Below are positions 58,157 to 64,000 of a stretch of 64,000 bases of DNA, piece by piece. The notes beneath the pieces are model-generated. The model ran no database searches, was not told where the DNA came from, and saw only the letters and a list, made by a program, of their open reading frames with translations. Source of the DNA: an uncultured bacterium (GTDB lineage Bacteria; Patescibacteriota; Minisyncoccia; UBA6257; 2-01-FULL-56-20); assembly GCA_963705915.1 (NCBI GenBank), contig OY970126.1, positions 623,893 to 687,892 on the forward strand, in the 5' to 3' direction. Both the position numbers and the translations under genes were made by a program. Each line of letters opens with the position of its first letter. Positions within the stretch are counted from its first letter, which is position 1.

Positions 58157-59479
58157 ATGCGACAGTTCAAAAACATCATCACGTGGCCGGAGTTTCGGGT
58201 TGCATGGATTTTGGCCGCACTCATCATTGCGGCGGGAGCGATGGCTTTTGCATTTTTGGTGCCGCCTATCTCATGGGTGGAATTCGGATTGCTTGCCATC
58301 GTGCTCATCCTCACGTTCACGAGCGTTTATCAGTCTGCAAAAATTGATCGCGATACGAACGTTGAACGGAACGAACTGAAAAGCATCCTCGCGAGCGTGA
58401 ACGATGCGCTCATTGTGTACGAACGAGATTTCCACGCGATTTTTTTCAATCCAGCGGCGGAGCGCATGTTCAAATTGCAGTCAAAGCAAGTACTCGGGCA
58501 TATTTTTTCACCACAAGACGTTGAAAAAGAGGGATGGCGCGTGCTCACGCAGGTGATGTTTCCGTCGCTTGCGCCGCGTGTCATTGCGCGTTCGAAAGAA
58601 GGGGACATCCCGCAAGTTGTGGATGTTTCGTTCACCGATCCACAACTCGAGTTCCGCGTGTCAACGGCGCCGGTTGCCGACGACAGCGGCACAACGCTCG
58701 CATTTTTGAAAATCATCCGCGACCGCACCGCGCAAATCACAGCCATCCGCTCGCGGAGCGAGTTCATCACCGTCGCATCGCACCAGTTGCGAGGTCCCGT
58801 GACTGACATCAACTGGGCACTTCAGTCGCTCGCGAGCGCGACCGACGTCGGCGAGTCGAGTAAGTCAATCATCGAGAACGCCGGCGCGGCATCGCAAAAT
58901 TTATTGCGGCGCATCGAAGATCTTTTGAACATTGCCAAGATGGAAGACGGGCAATTCGGCTACCAGTACGCCGACGCCGACATCGAAGATTTCATCGGCA
59001 AGATTTTGAACGATGTTTTGCCCGCCGCAAAGAAGACCGGCGTGAAAATTTATTTCGACCGGCCCACGGCGCCCCTGCCGCACGTGATGATCGATGCAAA
59101 GCGCCTCTCGCTCGCGCTTGTGAATCTCCTCGAGAACGCCATCCGCTATAACGTTGAGAACGGTGAGGTGATCGTGAAGGCCGATCTCATGCCCGGCAAG
59201 CCCTTTATCGTGGTGAGTGTGAAAGACACCGGCATCGGCATCCCGCCGGAGGCCGTGCAAAAACTGTTCACAAAATTCTACCGGGCTGATAACGCCCTGA
59301 AAGTCCAAACTGAAGGATCCGGCCTTGGTCTCTACATCGCGAAAAGCATTATCACTGCCCACGGCGGGGAAATTTGGGTAGAATCCGAGCTCAACCGGGG
59401 CACGACCATCTCTTTTGCCCTGCCGACCGACCCGAATCTCATCCCGAAACACGAGATGGGCCTCGAAGACCTTTTTTAG
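58157..59479 (+). CDS. PAS-domain sensor histidine kinase
   Basis: Two TMs, FNPAAE, SHQLRGP, NLLENAIRY, DTGIGI, GSGLGL. Confidence 0.93.
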   Translation: MRQFKNIITWPEFRVAWILAALIIAAGAMAFAFLVPPISWVEFGLLAIVLILTFTSVYQSAKIDRDTNVERNELKSILASVNDALIVYERDFHAIFFNPAAERMFKLQSKQVLGHIFSPQDVEKEGWRVLTQVMFPSLAPRVIARSKEGDIPQVVDVSFTDPQLEFRVSTAPVADDSGTTLAFLKIIRDRTAQITAIRSRSEFITVASHQLRGPVTDINWALQSLASATDVGESSKSIIENAGAASQNLLRRIEDLLNIAKMEDGQFGYQYADADIEDFIGKILNDVLPAAKKTGVKIYFDRPTAPLPHVMIDAKRLSLALVNLLENAIRYNVENGEVIVKADLMPGKPFIVVSVKDTGIGIPPEAVQKLFTKFYRADNALKVQTEGSGLGLYIAKSIITAHGGEIWVESELNRGTTISFALPTDPNLIPKHEMGLEDLF

Positions 59480-59541
59480 CCCTTCCAGCCGGCACAGGTT
59501 TGGAGTACACTGAGAAAGATAAATTTCTCCCCACTCCTTCC

Positions 59542-61269
59542 ATGCCCGCGCGTTCAAAAAATTCACGAAAAAGGAAAAAAGTTGCGTCTCGCAAATATAT
59601 TTTTATCGTCGGCGGCGTAATGAGCGGCGTCGGCAAAGGCATCGCATCGGCTTCGATCGGAAAAATTTTACAATCGCGCGGATTTGAAGTGACGGCACTC
59701 AAAATCGACCCATATGTGAACGTGGACGCCGGCACCATGAACCCCACCGAGCACGGCGAGGTGTTTGTTTTGAATGACGGCACCGAATGTGATCAAGACA
59801 TGGGCAACTACGAACGGTTTTTGGATCGCGATTTGACCGGGGCGAACTACATGACAACCGGCAGCATCTATAAAACGGTGATTGAACGCGAGCGGAGCAT
59901 GGGGTACGGCGGAAAATCGGTGAGTGTCGTGCCATACATCCCGCTCGAAGTGATCCGCCGCATCGAAAATGCCGCCGCGATGGTAAAAGCGGATATCACA
60001 ATCACGGAAGTCGGCGGTACCGCTGGCGAGTACGAAAATATTTTGTTCCTCGAAGCGATTCGTATGATGAAGATCAAACATTCGGATGATGTCGCGCTGA
60101 TTCTCGTGAGCCACTTGCCGATTGTGAGCGATGATAACGAACTCAAAACAAAACCGACCCAGCACGCGGTGCGCGCGTTAAATTCTGTTGGATTACAGCC
60201 GGACATCATTCTCGCTCGTGCAAAATATCCGCTCGATGAAAAGCGAAAAGAAAAAATTGCATTCAATTGCAACGTGCGCGAGAAAGACGTGATCTCGGCG
60301 CCTGATGTGAATAGTTTATACGACGTGCCGGTGAATTTTGAAAAAGATAATCTCGGCAATTCCATTTTGGAAAAACTCGGCATGCGTCCGCCGAAAAAAG
60401 ACATGAAGGAGTGGCGCGCGCTTGCGGATCGCATCCGTCATGCGCACGAACCGGTGAAGATCGGCATCGTCGGGAAATATTTTTCAACCGGAAAATTCAT
60501 TTTGGCGGATTCGTATATTTCGGTCATCGAAGCCGTGAAGCACGCTTCGTCGTATTGGGGCGTTCGCCCGCAGATAAAATGGCTCGATTCCGAGGCCTTT
60601 GAGCATGGGGAAGCTGCTCTCCGCGAGCTAGAACAGTATGACGGCATCATCGTTCCGGGCGGTTTTGGCGGGCGTGGCGTGGAGGGCAAATTAAACGCCA
60701 TCCGCTATTGCCGGGAGAATAAAATCCCGTATTTGGGGCTTTGCTACGGTATGCAGCTCGCCGTCATCGAGTTTTCCCGCAACATATTAAAGATGAAGGG
60801 CGCAAATACGACCGAAGTCGATTCGAAGACAAAATTCCCGGTGATCGATATTTTGCCCGAACAAAAGAAACTGATGGAGACAAGCAATTACGGCGGCACG
60901 ATGCGTCTTGGTGCGTACCCCGCGATTCTCAAAAAGGGCAGCATGGCCGAACGCGCCTACGGCGAAACAAAAATTTCCGAGCGGCATCGCCATCGCTACG
61001 AGGTGAACCCGGCGTTTATCAAAAAAATTGAAAAAGCCGGTATGGTGTTTTCCGGACAGTCACCGGATCGCCGCCTCATGGAAGTGATGGAGCTTCCGCG
61101 CGAGCAACATCCGTTTTTCATGGGCTCGCAATTTCATCCGGAGCTCACGTCGCGTCCGTTGCGACCAAATCCCTTGTTCCGCGAATTCATCAAAGCTGCT
61201 TCAGCCCGCGCATCGGTTCCCGCAAAAGCCGCCGTGGCCATTTTTGGCAAAGCGTTTGCGCGAAAATAG
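59542..61269 (+). CDS. pyrG: CTP synthase
   Basis: GGVMSGVGKG, KIDPYVNVDAGTM, KTKPTQ, GLCYGMQ, QFHPE. Confidence 0.97.
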   Translation: MPARSKNSRKRKKVASRKYIFIVGGVMSGVGKGIASASIGKILQSRGFEVTALKIDPYVNVDAGTMNPTEHGEVFVLNDGTECDQDMGNYERFLDRDLTGANYMTTGSIYKTVIERERSMGYGGKSVSVVPYIPLEVIRRIENAAAMVKADITITEVGGTAGEYENILFLEAIRMMKIKHSDDVALILVSHLPIVSDDNELKTKPTQHAVRALNSVGLQPDIILARAKYPLDEKRKEKIAFNCNVREKDVISAPDVNSLYDVPVNFEKDNLGNSILEKLGMRPPKKDMKEWRALADRIRHAHEPVKIGIVGKYFSTGKFILADSYISVIEAVKHASSYWGVRPQIKWLDSEAFEHGEAALRELEQYDGIIVPGGFGGRGVEGKLNAIRYCRENKIPYLGLCYGMQLAVIEFSRNILKMKGANTTEVDSKTKFPVIDILPEQKKLMETSNYGGTMRLGAYPAILKKGSMAERAYGETKISERHRHRYEVNPAFIKKIEKAGMVFSGQSPDRRLMEVMELPREQHPFFMGSQFHPELTSRPLRPNPLFREFIKAASARASVPAKAAVAIFGKAFARK

Positions 61270-61310
61270 TTTTCGACGCAAAATTGAGAAAAGTAGCACG
61301 CCTTATCTCT

Positions 61311-62111
61311 ATGATTATTTTTCTCTACGGTCCGGACGACTATCGCCGGACGCAAAAAAAGAACGACATCATCGCCGAGTTTTCGAAGAAGCGCTCCGAG
61401 TTCGGTCTCGGATTCTTTGATCTTGAAGAAAAAGGCGCCCTCGATGCGCTCGGCGGGTTTTTGCGCAATCAGCCGATGTTCGAAAACGCACGCCTCGCTG
61501 TTTTGGAAAACGCTTTTGAGATTGAAGCAGGAAAACTCGCCGCAGTACTTAGGCCGATTGTGAGTGAAAAAGGGGTGCAAGTTTTGATCGCCGAAAAAGA
61601 TAAGCCGCTCAAAGCACTCGCGCTCCTTCTTGAAAAGCCCGTACTCTCGCAAAAATTTGAAAATCTTACCGAAGCCGAGCTCACGCACTTTATAAAAGCG
61701 GAAGGCAAAAAGCGCGGCGTCATCTTGGCTGATTCGGCCGCGCAGTTCCTCGCACCGGTCTATGCCGGGCAGACGTGGGCCGCGATGACCGAGCTCGACA
61801 AGCTTGTATCACTCAAGCCATCGGACCGGGATGGGAATACAACAATCGATAAGCGCGACCTCGACGTCCTCGACCTCGAAGTTACACCGAACTACTGGGC
61901 CCTTTTGAACGGCATGAAAAGCTTTGATATTCGCAATCGCCTGGCAGCACTCGAAAAATTATTCTCGATCAACGACCCTCCGGCGAAGATTTTTAATATC
62001 ATTTCCGCTCAAGCCGGCGAGAAAATCGCTCGCATGGCCGCATACGATCTCGCGGTGAAGTCAGGAAAACTCGAATACGAAGAAGCGTTGCTTGATTTTG
62101 TCTTAGGATAG
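61311..62111 (+). CDS. holA: DNA polymerase III delta subunit-like protein
   Basis: MIIFLYGPDDYR, ELDKL, DLAVKSG; adjacent to rpsT. Confidence 0.8.
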   Translation: MIIFLYGPDDYRRTQKKNDIIAEFSKKRSEFGLGFFDLEEKGALDALGGFLRNQPMFENARLAVLENAFEIEAGKLAAVLRPIVSEKGVQVLIAEKDKPLKALALLLEKPVLSQKFENLTEAELTHFIKAEGKKRGVILADSAAQFLAPVYAGQTWAAMTELDKLVSLKPSDRDGNTTIDKRDLDVLDLEVTPNYWALLNGMKSFDIRNRLAALEKLFSINDPPAKIFNIISAQAGEKIARMAAYDLAVKSGKLEYEEALLDFVLG

Positions 62112-62157
62112 GCATCCTTGCCCGCCCTTCTGCGCTTTTCGCTAAAACAAAAACGGC

Positions 62158-62421
62158 CTAGGCGGCCGTTTTGAGTAACTTGGAGAGTCGCGATTTCATC
62201 CGCGACGCTTTGTTCTTTTCTATAACCTTGGTCTTCGCCGCTTTGTCGAGCGCTTTGAAAACGAGCGGCAGTATCTTTGCGGCTTCCGCCGTGCTCTTCG
62301 CGATGATAAGTTTGCGGTATTTCACGACAAGCTTTTTATACGCCTCGCGCTTCTTGGTGTTTCGCGCGCGATTGGTTTGATTTTGCCGGAGCGCTTTCTT
62401 TGCAGATGATGTGATTGGCAT
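62158..62421 (-). CDS. rpsT: 30S ribosomal protein S20
   Basis: MPITSSAKKALRQ, LDKAAK, KNKASRMKSRL. Confidence 0.95.
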   Translation of the reverse strand: MPITSSAKKALRQNQTNRARNTKKREAYKKLVVKYRKLIIAKSTAEAAKILPLVFKALDKAAKTKVIEKNKASRMKSRLSKLLKTAA

Positions 62422-62507
62422 AGGGGTAAGGATACCGAAACGACCGGAAAATTACAAGAGCCGCACGGCACCCATGCTTGCTCGCGCAATAGCAGTATAA
62501 TAGAGAT

Positions 62508-63107
62508 ATGCTCTACAGCGTTTCAGGGAAACTCGCCATGAAGTCGGATCATTTTGTCGTCGTCGAGGCGGGGGGATTGGGGATCAAACTTTTTGTGAGC
62601 AAGGAAACGTTAAAAGCGCTGCCGGCCATCGGTGCCTCGGGCGCGAGTGCGGGTACCGTGAAGTTTTTTACCCACCTCTACGTTCGCGAGGATATTTTTG
62701 ATTTGTACGGCTTTGCAACGGAAGAAGAATTGCAATTTTTTCAGATGCTCATCGCCATTTCCGGCGTCGGGCCAAAGTCGGCGCTTGCAATTCTCGACGT
62801 CGCCCCGCTTGCGGAACTTTCGGCGGCCATCAAAGAAGGGCGTCCGGACTTGCTCACCCGCGCATCGGGCATCGGACGAAAAACTGCAGAGCGAGTGATT
62901 GTTGAGCTGCGGGGAAAGGTTGAATCCGCAAAATCAGGCCTTGTCGTCGAAAAAATGCAGACCGATGTTGATCTTGTGGAAGCGCTTGTCGGTCTCGGCT
63001 ATCGGCGTGACGAAGCGCGCGTGGCGCTTGGAAAAGTTGATGGGAAAATGAGCGGTACCGAGGAGCGCTTGAAAGCTGCGCTCGCAATATTGAGCAAGAA
63101 AGCATGA
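62508..63107 (+). CDS. ruvA: Holliday junction branch migration protein
   Basis: HLYVRED, LYGF, ISGVGPKSA, GIGRKTAER, ALVGLGY. Confidence 0.96.
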   Translation: MLYSVSGKLAMKSDHFVVVEAGGLGIKLFVSKETLKALPAIGASGASAGTVKFFTHLYVREDIFDLYGFATEEELQFFQMLIAISGVGPKSALAILDVAPLAELSAAIKEGRPDLLTRASGIGRKTAERVIVELRGKVESAKSGLVVEKMQTDVDLVEALVGLGYRRDEARVALGKVDGKMSGTEERLKAALAILSKKA

Positions 63108-64000
63108 GCGTCAAAAATTCACCCGTCGTACAATTTTTTTATAATCTGCCGGGCGCGGCGCGCACGTATCATTTCCTTTGGGCGTGGGCGTCGGCGAAAG
63201 TGCATAAGTATCCGAGCCAAAAAGTTTTTGTGATCGGGGTCACAGGGACAAAAGGGAAAACGACAACCCTCGAACTCATCAATGCAATCCTCGAAGCCGC
63301 CGGCAAACGCACCGCGCTTCTCTCGTCGCTCAGGATAAAAATCGGGGATGATAAAAAGAAAAACGACACCGGCAATTCCATGCCTGGGCACGGTTTTATC
63401 CAAAAGTTTTTACGCGAAGCGCGCGAAAACCAATGCGCGTATGCGCTTGTGGAGGTGACATCGCAGGGTGTCTCGCTCCATCGCCACCGGTTTATTGAGT
63501 GGAATATGGGCGTCATCACCAACCTTGCGCCGGAGCACATCGACTGGCACGGTTCGTATGAAAATTATCGCAAGGCGAAACTCGATTTTTTGCAGTACGT
63601 GCTCAAGTCCGGCGGCAAAGTTTTTCTGAATCGCGACGACAAAGAATACACGTTTTTTGCAGACGCCCTGAACGGCAATCCTGCAAAGCATGATGCGGGG
63701 CCGAATGTCGCTGCCTATTCGCGGAGCGATGAGTGGCTCAAAAATAATCTTGCGAAGGCTCGCCTTGCGCAGTCGCTCAAAGATGCGAACGCGCCGAAGT
63801 TTTTATTCAGTAAATTTAACGAAGAAAATATTGCGGTGGCCGTTGCTATCGCGAAAGATCTTGGCATTTCAGACCGGGTTATCGAAGAAGCGATCACGAA
63901 TTTTGAAGGAATCCCGGGCCGGATGGAATTTGTGCGGAAAGGCAACTACACGGCGATCATCGATTACGCGCACACGCCCGATTCACTCGAAGCCGCCTAT
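63104..64000 (+). CDS. murE: Mur ligase (MurE-like), truncated by the window end
   Basis: Own translation from ATG 63104: IGVTGTKGKTT, EVTSQG, TNLAPEHID, PGRME, DYAHTPDSL. Confidence 0.88.
   Translation, partial: MSVKNSPVVQFFYNLPGAARTYHFLWAWASAKVHKYPSQKVFVIGVTGTKGKTTTLELINAILEAAGKRTALLSSLRIKIGDDKKKNDTGNSMPGHGFIQKFLREARENQCAYALVEVTSQGVSLHRHRFIEWNMGVITNLAPEHIDWHGSYENYRKAKLDFLQYVLKSGGKVFLNRDDKEYTFFADALNGNPAKHDAGPNVAAYSRSDEWLKNNLAKARLAQSLKDANAPKFLFSKFNEENIAVAVAIAKDLGISDRVIEEAITNFEGIPGRMEFVRKGNYTAIIDYAHTPDSLEAAY

Overview
A 64-kb chromosomal window from a small-genome bacterium, very likely Patescibacteria/CPR of the Parcubacteria type. That assignment is inferred from the PrgI-VirB4-pilin cluster, short YebC, stand-alone 5'-3' exonuclease, tRNA-Ile(UAU) and mostly SD-less core genes. 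The window holds the rpmH-dnaA-dnaN origin region, many housekeeping genes (folD, glyA, ftsH, tyrS, clpP, ppa, nusA, pcrA, rsmA, yidC, rnpA, ruvA/B/C, pyrG, holA, rpsT, murE), four tRNAs and the patescibacterial T4SS-like cluster. The most notable part is an AT-richer island of about 6.9 kb (7400-14278) at the 3' end of tRNA-His. Its large serine recombinase reads through the att site into the antisense tRNA, so excision at a shared TGGGT core would swap the enzyme's C-terminus. The cargo is two RxxxxH (HEPN-like) proteins, a tri-domain RNase H, and two structured unannotated ncRNA candidates, and degenerate att-like motifs separate some of the genes. Other highlights are a three-gene HigBA-like TA operon with a palindromic operator, a Cfa plus BfaA/TmsA-like lipid-methylation pair, an orphan promoter-driven structured RNA between pilB and ruvB, a repeat array at yraN-comM, and a secreted glycine-zipper protein with a possible immunity gene. 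All calls come from reading the sequence and motif recognition; no searches or folding programs were run.
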